64,000 nt of DNA from Patellaria atrata CBS 101060. Lineage: Eukaryota. Positions 1 through 13,405 of the stretch are shown in pieces. How positions within the stretch are numbered: the first letter of the stretch is position 1; every line of letters starts with the position of its first letter. Location: NCBI GenBank assembly GCA_010093705.1, contig MU006090.1, positions 744,001-808,000 on the forward strand. Direction: 5' to 3'. A program made the position numbers and the translations under genes. The notes beneath the pieces were generated by a model that was not told where the DNA came from, did no database searches, and saw only the letters and a program-made list of their open reading frames with translations.

Positions 1-750
1 GCTTAGAACGGCTTTGTTGCATAACTCCGACATACTCCCTGTCGTTTCTATGACCCACTATCACTCCCCAACCACCGTACGCCCGCTAGATGCCCACCAT
101 CGCTCCTCCTCCACGACCTACCGTGCAGTAACCAGGAGACAGATAACTCAGGGTCCATACAGCTTGACGTTACTTATGCAGCTGTCCCTCATGCTATACC
201 GCAGTAACCCACCCATTTCAAAAGCAGACGATGAATTCAGACAGCTCTGTTATAACGGGGAATGGCATCTTCTCGACCGTCCGTACAATACATCCAGTTC
301 ACGGTTCCTCCCTCGTTATGGCTGAGGATTTGGATCCTAAGAGCAAGTGTTGCATGTTCTTTGGTGGGCTCTTAAATTGAAAGGAAGGCCAGGAACGCGA
401 GAGCTGTGTTGGTATGTGAGTCTGCGAATATGACATGGTTGTATACCACGCGGGTTACGTTAAAAGGAGCCGGAGCCAGTTCCTGGAATAAACGTAGAGA
501 AGCTCGGAGATGGACAACAAGGAGAGAAATGGCCTTCCTATCTGTCTGTTCCTGCTGGGGAAGTATGTACTGAAATCCCCATCAACAGCACAGTTTTCAT
601 TGGGAAGAAGGATAATCTCTTCGAGATTCGTCAGCAGAATAATACAATACAAATCGAGTAATGATAGGGATTGATTCAAGAGTTGAAATTCATAAGTTCC
701 ATTTGAATTGACCTTTACTATTATGAAATCAAGTATTAAAAAACATAGCT

Positions 751-1806
751 CTAAGCCTTATCTACGACCAAAACGCCTCTGTACCTCATTTTCCCGCTGT
801 TAAGCACATCAAATGCATCTGTAATCCCCCTTTCGTTCATAGGAAACGTTTGCGTCATAGGTTTTATATCGTTTCGAGCGGCAAAGTCCAGCATTTGGTT
901 ATGCACGTGTCGCGCCGCCACGATGGTCCCCTGGAGCGTGATACCGCTCTGAATAAAGGGGAGGGATGGAACGCTGATGTTATCTCCAGAAACGGAGAGA
1001 GGGAATATAGTTGCTCCTGGCGCTAGAAGCGGTAGATATATCGACCAGTCTAGACAGTCCATTAGCTCAAACCGATTTAAGTTACAGCAAACACCGATGT
1101 TCTTACCTGGGAGTTCACTTGTTGTCACAATCAAATAGTCTAGCTTATGTCCAATATCCACCTCCTTCTTCCCCTTCATCGCATAGAACTCCTTGGCCCC
1201 TAATTTCGTTGCCTCGTCTTTCTTCGAATCCGTCCCGCTAAACACAACAACATCACAACCCGCCTTCGCCGCAAACTCAATCGCAAGATGTCCCAAACCG
1301 CCTACACCTACAACGCCGACCCTGGATGTGGGCTTAACATCATAAGTATAGAGCGCGTTGAAAACCGTCGCACCTCCGCACATCAACGGCGCCGCATTCA
1401 CATCACTCAGTGCATCCGGGATCTTGAAGATATACGGTTCCCGCCAAACGCCATGCGATCCGAAACTTCCCTGGTCTGTATTCGCGTCTCCGTACATCTT
1501 GCGCTGGAGACAGTAAGTTTCTCGCCCTGAGAGGCATTGCTGGCACATCCCGCAGGTCTCCTGAAGGTAGCCCCATCCGACGCGGTCGCCCTTTTTCAAG
1601 GTCTTGACGGCTGGTCCGACGTCTTCGACCACGCCGGCGCCTTCGTGTCCCAAGGCAATGCCAGAGGTGCGATAATGGACATCAGTACCGCAAAGACCAG
1701 ATGCGGTGATGCGGATGAGAACCAAGTCCCCACTGAGGTCTTTGGTGACAGTTGATTTGACGATGGAGCCATCTTCTGAGCCTTTGAAGACTGTGAAGGA
1801 GACCAT
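751..1806 (-). CDS. Zn-dependent (NADP) alcohol dehydrogenase, MDR/cinnamyl-alcohol dehydrogenase family; 2 exons (1806-1107, 1049-751)
   Basis: Motifs GLCGTD, GHEGAG, structural-Zn CGMCQQC...C, APLMCGG and Rossmann GVGGLG. 57-nt intron 1106-1050 (GTAAGA...GCTAAT...CTAG); removing it gives ELPDWSIYL. Confidence 0.93.
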   Translation of the reverse strand: MVSFTVFKGSEDGSIVKSTVTKDLSGDLVLIRITASGLCGTDVHYRTSGIALGHEGAGVVEDVGPAVKTLKKGDRVGWGYLQETCGMCQQCLSGRETYCLQRKMYGDANTDQGSFGSHGVWREPYIFKIPDALSDVNAAPLMCGGATVFNALYTYDVKPTSRVGVVGVGGLGHLAIEFAAKAGCDVVVFSGTDSKKDEATKLGAKEFYAMKGKKEVDIGHKLDYLIVTTSELPGKNIGVCCNLNRFELMDCLDWSIYLPLLAPGATIFPLSVSGDNISVPSLPFIQSGITLQGTIVAARHVHNQMLDFAARNDIKPMTQTFPMNERGITDAFDVLNSGKMRYRGVLVVDKA

Positions 1807-4036
1807 ATTGGATGTGTCTTTGGACGACGGAGAGAGATGTAGTTTTTCTTTCTTTTCGCCGACTTTTTTTAATGATATTGGAGAATATGTGCTGAGATAT
1901 GATCTGAAGACTGAAAAATTCGGGTATGCTTCCTTACGTTAGTTTTTATATCGGTCGATAGCTTTGTATTCTATATCTGAAGACCATTACCCTGTATGAC
2001 GTCTACAAGCTAACATGTCTAAATTGGGCAATACTCTGCGAGCACTAATATGAAGAACGCTAAGGTAGGGATAGCTGAACAAATTTTGCTCTGCGAAGAC
2101 ATACCCTGAAAAGAACTACTTGCGCTAAGGGCCATTTCGCTGGCTAATCGAGAATTCTATCATGTTCCTGGCCCCTGATTAGAATCGTATTATCTCCGAG
2201 CCCTGCAGAATCTTTTGAGGTCTGAGCAAATATAAGTCTGGTGAAAGACGGGGTTTATTAAACCTTTGCATATTAGTCAGAGCCATATTTGCTTACGAAA
2301 CGCAAAATCTTGTCAATCTCGAGTGCGTACATGACACGTCATGCAGGAAGTGCTGTATAGATAGAGCTGGAGAAAAGTTGGAGGTCATATCTCGGAAGGG
2401 GTGGGGTAAGCGAGTGTCCACAGTAGCCTAATCTTTCCCCTGTCACGACCAAGGGTATAATTATTGAGCCGATGCCCGTAAATATTCTGTGTAGGTTTGG
2501 AAGTATGGTCTGATTTTTGGGTTATTATTGGTAATTCGTGAAAATAGCTTAATAATCTCATTCTGTAAACTCTTCTTTGAAATCAGTTCCTTGCCTAATG
2601 TCCATATTGCGTGCATGGATGCGTTATCTAACGGTCGAGAAGCAATAGAAGAATGGCGGGATGTGTATGCTGGTAAGATAGTATTTGATAAGTATTAACA
2701 GAGAAACAAGGACGGCGTGTGCGTCGAGTACGCAAAACTCCGGGGATAAAACTGTACCAATGTGAGGAACTGCGTCACAGCTAAAAACCTAAGCAGGGAG
2801 CGCTAACAGCGGCAGCCTGGAGAGTGCTAAGATCCAGCAGAGTCATCCGCAAGCTTCATGCCCCTAAGAAGCGATACGAGCTGTGAGAGTCTAATAAGGT
2901 CATGTTCTGCAACTTACAATCAGGTCCGGCCGATCGAAAATAGAAGAATGGGGTAGCATTAAGAATGATTACAAATTGAGAAGTACAGCAACTTAGGAGA
3001 TAGTTTCTTAATTGTCTTTCATTGGAAATCGCCATGTATCCTAGTCCATCAGGGAAAATGAACTCGAGGATAACCTTCACCCAAGGTCTATTTGACGGTG
3101 GTAAGGACCAGAGAGTGTTTCTGAACAGTAGAAGAAAGGCGTCAGAGGATAACGACTTAGCTTTAGCGAGGCGAGTTAGAAAGAATATATAAAAATGGTA
3201 TATGAGTACCTTGCTGGTCAGGAAGCAGTATACCATGTCCCCTCCCCTGATAAACCTTGATTACTGTACAGCTTCTCTACAAGAGTCCTGACTGCATTTG
3301 TATTGGAATCAATCAAATAGATTATAGTGTACAAACGGCTGCGAACTTGCCAGTACGAGCGCATACAACATGGATAATTAGCGGTCCTCCAGATTCGAAA
3401 TCGCACCTGGATTCCTGGAATAGTAAGTGCGAGTACGCGCCAAACCAAGGAGTACTAACTCTGACAGAAGAATTATATGAAGCCAAACACGAGAGTGGAA
3501 CATGTATGATTGGAAGAAGTTCCAAAACCTAAATATTGAAAAAGCAAGAAAGTCCTAAACTATGAACGAGCTGGCCCCCCAAGGAAGTCGAACAGCGCGA
3601 GAGTTTGACATATGAAACTCTATGAGATAATGAATACGCCGGACACCTATTTGGGATGTTGTACTGAGAGGCATGTCAGTGACAAGGGGGTGAGATTGAA
3701 GTGGATGGGATGGCGTGCGTTGTAGAATAATCATTGGACATTTCGATAGAGAAATTGTTGTTCATATAGAAACACTACTTTGAAACTGATCGGAAAGGGT
3801 ATGATAACCAGACAGGATATTGTGCCCTCGTTCTTAAATATCTTGGTGAGACTTGTATAGCGCGAAATTTCTTGCTACGGAGCGTACGATGAGTTGGAGT
3901 CCACAAATTGCCCAGTATTTACCTGAAAAATGTTCAGTATATAGAACTGGGTCGAGTGTGATAGGTATAGTAACATGGATGATAATTTTTCAAGATGGAA
4001 TAAAGATGCCGCTAACCCAATCGCAGACTAGTTAGT

Positions 4037-4060
4037 GATAAGATAAGCTAAGCAAAATTT
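4037..4060 (+). promoter_or_regulatory. Tandem GATAAG plus AAAATTT (RRPE-like) element upstream of HAS1
   Basis: GATAAGATAAGCTAAGCAAAATTT lies 70 bp upstream of the ATG of a ribosome-biogenesis gene; function inferred. Confidence 0.45.
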
Positions 4061-4129
4061 CTAGAGCATCAGAGCAGTTATTTTTGCGCATTCCGTAAGA
4101 ACTTTAATACAGACCAACCAGCAACCAAA

Positions 4130-6105
4130 ATGGCACCAACTGAAGACTCCTCAAAGAAACGAAAGAGAAAGCACGGATCATCCAAGCCATCTTCCTCCCG
4201 AGACACCAACGGCGTCGCTGAACACAATGGAGAGATTGACCTATCTCGCAAAAAGTCAAAAAAAGAGCATACCCCAGATATTGAGGAGGAAGTGGCGCCT
4301 GGCTCTCAAGCCGGGAAAGAGAGTGATATTGACGCTGAGGAGGGCTTGAATAAAGAACTCCGTGAAATCGCACACCAAGCATCAGCTACCGTCGCAGAGG
4401 AGAATCCTCAGGGCACCAACGGTGCGCAGAATAGTGGTGATATGGTTGATGAAAAGATCTCTGACCTTCCATCTGGAAATTTAATCTCTTTACCATCTAC
4501 TGGTCCCGAGCCGGAGACCTTTGCAGAGCTCAATCTATCCGAGAAGACCCAAAAGGCGATCTCAGGCATGGGATTTGAGAAGATGACAGAGATACAAAGG
4601 CGAGGCATACCTCCTCTGCTAGCTGGAAGAGATGTACTAGGAGCGGCGAAGACCGGTTCAGGGAAAACTCTCGCCTTCCTGATACCTGCGGTAGAAATGC
4701 TGAGCGCTCTTCGGTTCAAACCGAGAAATGGAACGGGAGTTATAGTCGTCTCGCCAACACGGGAACTCGCTCTTCAGATATTCGGGGTTGCACGAGAGCT
4801 TATGGAACATCATTCACAGACTTTTGGTATAGTCATTGGAGGAGCAAATAGGAGAGCAGAAGCAGAGAAGCTGTCAAAGGGTGTAAACCTTTTAATTGCT
4901 ACCCCAGGAAGGCTTCTAGACCACTTGCAAAATACGCAGGGATTTGTGTTCAAGAATATTAAAGCACTAATTATCGATGAAGCTGATCGAATTCTCGAAG
5001 TTGGTTTCGAAGACGAAATGCGACAGATTATCAAGGTGCTCCCATCCAGTGAGCGTCAGACGATGCTCTTTTCCGCAACCCAGACAACAAAGGTAGAAGA
5101 CCTCGCTAGGATATCGCTAAGACCTGGACCTTTGTATATCAATGTCGATCACCGCAAAGAACATAGTACTGTCGAGGGCCTTGAACAAGGCTATGTTATA
5201 TGTGATTCTGATTGGCGTTTCCGACTACTTTTCACCTTTCTTAAGAAGCATATGAAAAAGAAGATTATCGTCTTCCTGTCCAGCTGCAATTGTGTCAAGT
5301 ACTATTCCGAGTTGCTCAATTACATCGATCTACCGGTCCTAGATTTGCACGGTACGGAAATTATTGTTAAAAATATACCGAAGATTATATGCTGACAATA
5401 CACAGGAAAACAAAAACAGCAAAAGCGCACCAACACCTTCTTTGAATTCTGCAACGCTACTAGTGGAACGCTGATTTGTACGGATGTTGCAGCTCGAGGA
5501 CTTGATATCCCAGCTGTAGATTGGATCATCCAGTTTGACCCACCTGATGACCCGCGAGATTGTGAGTGCCTTATTTGAGAGAATATCCGAGCTCTGCGCT
5601 AATATCATCCTAGATATCCATCGTGTAGGTCGTACGGCTCGAGGTGCCAATAGCAAAGGCAAGAGTTTGATGTTTCTTCAACCGTCTGAAGTCGGCTTTT
5701 TGAAGCATCTCAAAGAGGCGAAATGCCCTCTTGTGGAGTTTGAGATCCCAGCTAAAAAGATTCTCAATATCCAAAGTCAACTGGAGCTTCTCATTGGGAA
5801 GAATTACTATCTAAATAAGGCATGTTGCGTCCATGTTGAATCCGGAATATCTGCTGACTATTGAGTAGTCTGCGAAAGATGGTTATAAATCATATCTCCA
5901 AGCCTATGCATCTCATAGCTTGAGATCCGTTTTCGATGTGCACAAACTCGATCTCGTGAAGGTTGCGAAATCTTTTGGGTTTCCTGTACCACCGAGAATC
6001 GACATCACACTAGGTGCAAGTATGGCTAGGGATAAGAAGCACGAGGGAAGAAGGACATATGGGAGTCAACCAAAGCAGGCGCAGCGTTTCAAGCAGCATC
6101 GATAA
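4130..6105 (+). CDS. HAS1: ATP-dependent DEAD-box RNA helicase Has1; exons 4130-5351, 5406-5561, 5614-5819, 5869-6105
   Basis: Q motif, [36 protein letters not shown] and C-terminal YYLNKSAKDGY...SHSL. Three introns restore the frame; the third is GC-AG. Confidence 0.96.
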
Positions 6106-8001
6106 GTCACAGTTTCGAGGGTTCCTCCCATTCACAGTACGCCAGTCGTAATTACTAACTATCGTTGGTTCCATTCGGTATGGGCTCTAGGATAGAATAT
6201 CTGTGCGTGTTCGTATCTAGTGCTGCAAGCTCATCATACGTAGTAGGAAATCTTTGAAACTGTTCGGCACAGAATCTCTCCAGTTGTATTGGATATGCTG
6301 AATCTCCTCTGTGGCAACAGTCGCATCGAGAGGAAATATGTGCTACTAAATCTTTGTTGCTGAGCTGTACAATTGGGGCGCAGAATTCTGAGGACCAATC
6401 ATATTTCGGCTACATATAAAAGTTATCTTCTTGGGCCCAAGCTCTGGCTCGTCCCGTCAAACAGTATGCTCCGGTTAGGGCTGGGATTGGTGTCTTCCTT
6501 TTCAATCATCTTCGACGACATGAAGAGTCGGTGAGAGAGGAACTGATGGTTCTTCAAAAGGAGAATTGTAGATTGATACGGTGATAGGAAAATTCTACAA
6601 CTTATTTCACAAAGATTGTAGCACATAAGATATCTGTAACATGAGTTGATTGTGGAGAGGGCCTGTACTGTACAGTACATAGCTTGTGGTTCGAGAGCTG
6701 CTATTGATAGGAGCACACCAACCACGCCGAAGCTGACAAGCCAATTCGGTCGCAATAATAACTGCCTTGTTATTCTTTAATAAATGATAACCCGTGAGGT
6801 CCACGTACTGGAGAAGAGTAACAACCTAAAGTGTAGCTCTAAGAAGGTTCCTAATAAATGTCGATAATAATAAGTTCGCAACCCCTCGACTACATAACGT
6901 CAATAGGTCCCTTAGGTTAGAATATGGACTCTACCTATAGACTGCCCGCAAGAATTTATTTCAATCTCGATCCTAAATGACATCCAATGGTTGTTGGGGG
7001 TTCAGCCTGGTTACCCGCCACCGCCAATATCTAGTGTGCGAAGGTGAGAGGGCCAAAGCGTCTTGTTGATTTGTTTTGGAGAAGACTTGAAGTCGCCCGC
7101 AAAGACGAAAAAGAGCGACCACCAACATCCTACAACCCTGCATCATACTTCTGCTTGTACTCCGGCCCTTTGCAGGCTTCGGATGAGCCGCAAATAGTGT
7201 ACGTATCTCTTCCTTTGTGCTGCAAGCTTCAAATTCTCCTTGCACTAGCTTTCCTGCTTTCCCTACCTTTACGACGTTTGTATCTGTGCCGCTGTGGCCG
7301 CTACACACAACCACATCACCATCTTTGCTCCTCTCAGTCTCTGCCTCAATACGTTAGTTTATTTAACCTGGTCGCACACATTACCCGTTATTTTGTGAAC
7401 TAAATGTCGTATTGACCTTGAGGACAGCAGTCTTTCGAGCTCAGCTTGACGACCAAGCGACAGCGCATCAATCATTACCAACAACTTCAACACCCAAACT
7501 TACCTTACGATCTCATCGCAAAAGACCATAATACTCCGCGTAATCAAAGACTATCGGCATCCCCTCACGAGGATTAGTACATGCGATCGGGTTGATGGAC
7601 GCAACCTATTGGACGCCCACTTTACGTTGTAACAGTTGTACGCTACGTCTCCCTGTTCAGCGGAACACAATCGCACCATCAGAAACGCTTCAGCAGTCCC
7701 ACACCTAAAACTGCAAGATTAAGGTCCTGGTTAAAGAGTCCTATAGTTAACCGTCGATCTTGCACGAGAAGTCACCGATATCAACCTTTCCTACAAGAAT
7801 TTCTGGAGACCCAAGACGTAAGGTGTCCGTCGACAATATTTTGAGGTCTAGCGTCCCATTTTCCATCATTCAGAGGTAGGTAATTACCGACAATACTCTA
7901 ATCATAAAATTTCCCGGACTTGACAAACAATTTCCTCATCCGCGTCTCCGATGTATTTCATTGAATCAACAGCACACTAAACCGATACGTCGGACCTCGC
8001 A

Positions 8002-11000
8002 ATGGGGGTCGACACACGACGCCCAGCTCTACCAGCCCCCACCGAACCTTCAGTACTCAGCTCAATCGATAACGGAAGCGCTCTTGGCCCAGCCGATGAT
8101 CTCGCTACTGACGTTTCCAGACGGACCGATAAAACATCTTACTCCATCCCCGAAGACGGAAGTCCAATAACGGTGTCAACACGAAAGATTACTGGAGACA
8201 GTTCGACAGAGATCCGTCGTGGCAGAAACCAGTCTCAGACATCCTTACTGATTGAGTACTTCGAAGCCGGTAAAGGCGACAAACCACGCTCCCGACCTAG
8301 CGTTCGTGTACGAGTTACTCCATCTTCCTCTAAGAGAGCCAAAAACAAAGGCGACGAACACATACAGATCACACAGACTGGCAGTAGTCGGAAACCATCA
8401 TATACAAGACGCATCTCTCTCGGAAATAAAAACGGAGATTCCAAACCGGCGGCTCTTACCGGTACCGACGTCTCTTTCTCAAGCGATTCAAACCTCAGCG
8501 GCCGTCCACCAGTCGAGGTTGAAGTGCTCCATAACACCAGCGATCTAACCCAGTCGGATATCTCTGGAGGCGGTCGATATATTCCCCCAACCTCGGACAT
8601 TTCTTCCATGCCACCGGATAGCATGCTTGACATTGAACCTGTTGTAAAGATTCAAACGCCAAGACGTCGCCGCAGTCGTAGTTTGGAGAGAGCCGAAGAG
8701 ACTGTCACTAAGGACACCTTGAAGACGCCTACTCGAAGGAGAAGTCGAAGTCTCAGCCGCGAACGTATTACACAAAAGGTCATGGCCAAACTTGCTGAAC
8801 AGCCGGCGGAGTCAAGTAGAAGTTCCAGACATAGAAGGGAACGAAGTATCAGTAAGGAGCTTCTAGCGGAGGGTACTAGTTCCCCTCGGCGGAAGACCAG
8901 CAAAGTGGAATGGAATGAGTCCAACATAAGCGGTGCTGATTCCAGTCTATTGGCACCCAGTCGGAGGTCGGGTGACCAGGTCTCAGTACGCTCGGGAACA
9001 TCTGCGGCGTCTTCTATTAACAACCCCAAGCTGCTCCAAACCGTTGAGGATGCGATTAAGCGGCTGATCTTACCAGAGCTCAATGCGTTGAAAGAGGAGC
9101 AGAAGACTCAGAAAAATCGCAATCAGTTCGAGCACATTACCAGAGGCTCAGTAGCTTCTAGTAGCTCTCGAGAAGACAGTAGTATTAAACGAAGAGTCTC
9201 TAAGTCGTCCAGCGCTCCGGATATCTCGAAACCCAAAGTTGTCCTTAACCGTACCAGTGATGACCCTGGATTGGTTCTCTCTGGCGATTCGATTAAAAGC
9301 AGAAAGGTCCGACGTTCGAGCAAAGATTCCACATCTGAAAGAAGCTATGAGCGACGAGACTCGATCGATCACGGCGATAGACCCTCCAGGAAATCCAGTC
9401 GGGAATCCAGCAGAAGTCATAACCGAGCAAAGGACGCAGCCGCTATTGCCGGGGTCGCTGGGCTCACCGCAGCTGCTCTCAAGCATCATGATTCCCAAAC
9501 AAGCCTTGACACAAAGGAGCGCAGGAAGAAACGTACTAAAAGTCGCAGTAGGACGGCCAGCATTTCTGAGACACTCGATGAAGAGCGTCGTTCAAAGGAA
9601 GTTATCCCTCCTATGCCTATGCAAAGTGATATTCAAACGGATCTTACCAGGGACTCTATTCTCACAGCCGACACTGAGCGTCCAGCATCGCGGTCATCGA
9701 GGGGATATATGACCCCCGTGAGAGAAGTCTCGCGAGGTTCTCCACAACAAGTGGTTTCACCTGTTGGGACACCCACGAGAACTCCAGTTTCTTTGCAGAG
9801 AGGAATCGGAACTCATCACAATAATCGCTCACAAGGTGATGTGAGCCTTCCAAGTGCTAAGAGTGATCGAAGTATCGGATCAAAAGGTCGTCAAACCGGA
9901 CTATCTGCAGCTGGTCTCGCAGGGGTAGCCGCTCTCTCTCGACAACTTCATGCTAAATCCCACCACGAGGATGAGCACCTAACCCAGCAAGTAGAAAAGC
10001 TAACTATTCCTGCTCGTGAACTTAGTCCGGTTCAAAGCATAGCAAGTTACCAAGAAGATGCCGTCAATATTGGGCTTCCGGGTCAAGCAGGCACCGTACG
10101 TAGCGGTGCTCCGCTCTCGCCTACAGCTGACAAGGCGCGTCTAATGCGATCGGATCTGTCCATTGACTCTTTAGCCTCATCTCCAAGTGCGAAGTTGGCT
10201 AGTCAACATAGGCGAACTGGATCTTCTCTGAGCAAGGATGAGGGTGTTATGGAACAATTCATCAATGATTCCGAACTCGAAAAAGGAACAGGGACTCCAG
10301 CCCCTGCTGACGTGGACGAGTGGTATGAAAGACAACATGAAGAGAATGAACGCTATCGACATTCATACGACAGCCCGAGTCAACGGGACTCGTCCAATGT
10401 TGGCTATCAACGTATGACAAACTATACGGACGATAGCATAGATGGACCTTACCTGGACCCCATCACCTCTGCCCAAGGAGTCCGTGGTGTAGGCGCAAAT
10501 CCAGAGTACGTGCGCACGCCTGTGGCCGTAGAATCTGCTGTTGCATCCTTGCACGAACCATCAACAATCAGTGTACGTTCTTCGCACTCAAGTCAGCTTG
10601 GTGGCTACATTCGTGGGGCTCCACATGGCCTTGACATTAGTAAAGGGCCTTTACACCCTCCTCAAACTATATCTTCCGGAGACGACACTATCACCGACGT
10701 ACACGATAGCCCAAGTAAGGAACGATGGGCTGCGCTAAGGGATGGGGCTCATCTCAAACTCGAGGAGACCCAGGGTAGCCGCGCCACTAACTCCCCTCGA
10801 CAAAGCATCGCACGTACCGCAAGTGTGGATTCACAGCCTGTGCTAACGGCTAATGCAATGCCATTTGGTAGTGGTCCAGATATGCCAGAAATTGGCCATA
10901 TTGCAGACGATGATTCCGAATTGACGACTAACCCCTCTCCAATTCAAGGACCAGGCCCTATCACAGATCAGTCACAGTATGGATCACAGTATGGAAATTG

Positions 11001-13405
11001 GCCGACTGGACCGACCCCTCCGCTATCAGCTGCGGACATGAGAGATAGTGTCTCGGATCTAACTCAAGATGATGGCCACCATATCGGTGCAGCAATCCTC
11101 GGGGGTGCGGCCGCAGCAGGAATTGCGGCTGCAGCTGCAGAGCGCATTCGAAAGGAGGAGAAACCAGCAGAGCAACTCTACCACCAACCATCAGTCGAAG
11201 ATGTACATGACACGGGTCTACATTACGATCGGTCCCGCTATATTCATGATCAGGATAATTTACCATCCAGTCCTATGCAAGGAAAGGAAAGAGACGAAGG
11301 GTATGTTTCTGCCGCAAAGGGCGGTATCACGCCAGAGCCTCATTATGCAGACAAGGTTCCTAAGTTATTCGATGATGACGGCGATGGCGACTATAATGAC
11401 CCATTTATCTCCAAGACACACAACCGTAATTTCAGTGGCAATTCCCATGGCTTGGCTTCGCCCTTATACGACAGCGCCACCGGACAAGGTATCGATAGGA
11501 TCCATTCAAAAGATATTGTTGCACTCATGGATCATCTCACCGTCCGTGATGCTCAACGTAATGCTCGAGATACGGAGATATTAGTCACGTTAGTCCGGAG
11601 CGCTGCTGAAATGCGGAACTCTTTCGAAGAGATGAAGAAATTCATCGCAGAGCAGGATCAATTGATCATGAAGAACGCAGATAAGATCCCCAATGCAACC
11701 GCGCAAAAGGTTCTACAAGGGCCACGACCACAACCAGTATCCGCACCTCGGGGTCTAAGGCAAGGGTCGACGGAGGAAATTGAGAATACTCCTCAACGCC
11801 GAAAGAATGTTTTCAAGCGAGCTCTGCGCGGATTGAGTATGAACAGCTCAAATGATCTAGCTAAGATAGAAGAGATGCTCGTGAAACTACTTGGGGAGGT
11901 TGAAAGTCTGAAAGAAACGCAAGCTAGTGCTGTTCCCTTAACTCGAGAAGCAAGCTTAACATCCTACGAAAATTTAAGAGCTAGTGGGGACGCTGGATAT
12001 GAACCGGAGGGCCTAGCTGGCACATCGTCATCCCCCAACCAGTCTGGTTACTTCTCAAATCCATCTTCTCGTCAGATCAATGCAATGCACTCCGGTTATG
12101 ACAGAAGAGATTCAGGTCACCGCATTAGTACTGTTCTAGAGGGTGACGAAGATTTAGAGGAGCATGAAGCTGAAGTTCTTGATAACCAGTTCGAAAATAG
12201 CGAAAGGCTCCTCACACCAACTCAGGAGGTACGTAGGAAGAATGTACCGGATCAGACTCCTCCGCTGCCTGTAACTGCGTTTATCAGAGGCAGTCAAAGC
12301 AATGAGAACACTCCTAAGACAGATAAGAGTAAAAAGCATAAGTCTACGGCTTCTTCTATCTTTGGTATTCCCAAGATCTCTCGTTGGTCTAAGACAACGG
12401 CCTCAACGGAAGCACCTAGGGAATCCTTCCGCGATAGTGGTAAGATCCGTAAGGAGCGCCCTTACTCCCAGACTTCTAAGTCAGGATCCAATCTAGCTTT
12501 GAATTACTACGACGACGGTTACGAAGTGCATGAGGATGACCGTTTACGATCTCAGACTTCCTTGAACGACCAACCGCGATCACTACACGAATCACAAGCC
12601 GGATCGGCGCGTTCTCCTTCACCACTCATTCCGGAGCAAGAATTCGACGATCCTAAATACCAGGCCCATCGAAACTCTCTCAACTTACAACATCCACAAC
12701 CAAGACCTGGGCCGACTCATCGACATCAGACCCACCTGGAATCCCAAGCCCAGTATTTCCCAGTTCACGATGATGATCCCGCATCCCCGGACACTGATCA
12801 ATGGGGATCAAACCCAAGTCTTGCCTTGAACCGCAACAGATGGAGCGGTGGTCATGGAACACACCAAGCGGGCAACTTGAGCCCTATTTCTAGCGACGGT
12901 GGATATGCCCCTCCTCGTCCACCAAAACTCAAGGATGATGGACCGTTAGTACCACCTAAGATTCCAGAAGCGCAGGATAACAGTCCCAAAGCCGCGTACT
13001 CATCTCCCCTCTCCTCGGGCCACTTCTATGGTTCTCAACTCGAACCGATCGAGGAGGTGAGGCATTCATTAGAGACTGAAGGATTGAGAGATTTTACTCC
13101 CAGTCCAGCCCCAGGTGCAAGGCCGAATGCAGCGATGCAGAGTCCTGCAAGGAAAATTACTGGACCGAGACCAATGGGAAGCAGGAGCCCTAGCGGCAGC
13201 CAAGGGATGGCGCAGGATCAAGCAGACTTGAGAAAAGAGACGTTGCTTGGTACAGTTAGGAGAAAGCCTGTTAGAGGGGACAGTCCTGGTGAGTAGCCTT
13301 ACTCCCTTCCATGGGTCCTTCATTCGAGAAATAGAATCTAACAAATGTCTAGTCTCTTTCCAATCATATCGATCCAGTCTGAGCGGTGAAGATGATATGT
13401 TCTAA
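8002..13405 (+). CDS. Large Ser/Arg/Pro-rich, largely disordered fungal hypothetical protein (~1780 aa) with short coiled-coil blocks; exons 8002-13288, 13353-13405
   Basis: 5.3-kb uninterrupted ORF. Terminal intron 13289-13352 (GTGAGT...CTAAC...CTAG) gives the end VSFQSYRSSLSGEDDMF*. No catalytic motif recognised. Confidence 0.85.

Noticed and set aside
2856..3600. Short ORFs between ADH and HAS1, possibly a decayed gene
   Set aside because: No recognisable motif or consistent splice pattern; not supportable without a search.
6150..6410. ~85-codon open frame on the minus strand downstream of HAS1
   Set aside because: No start codon or convincing upstream exon; no family similarity recognised.
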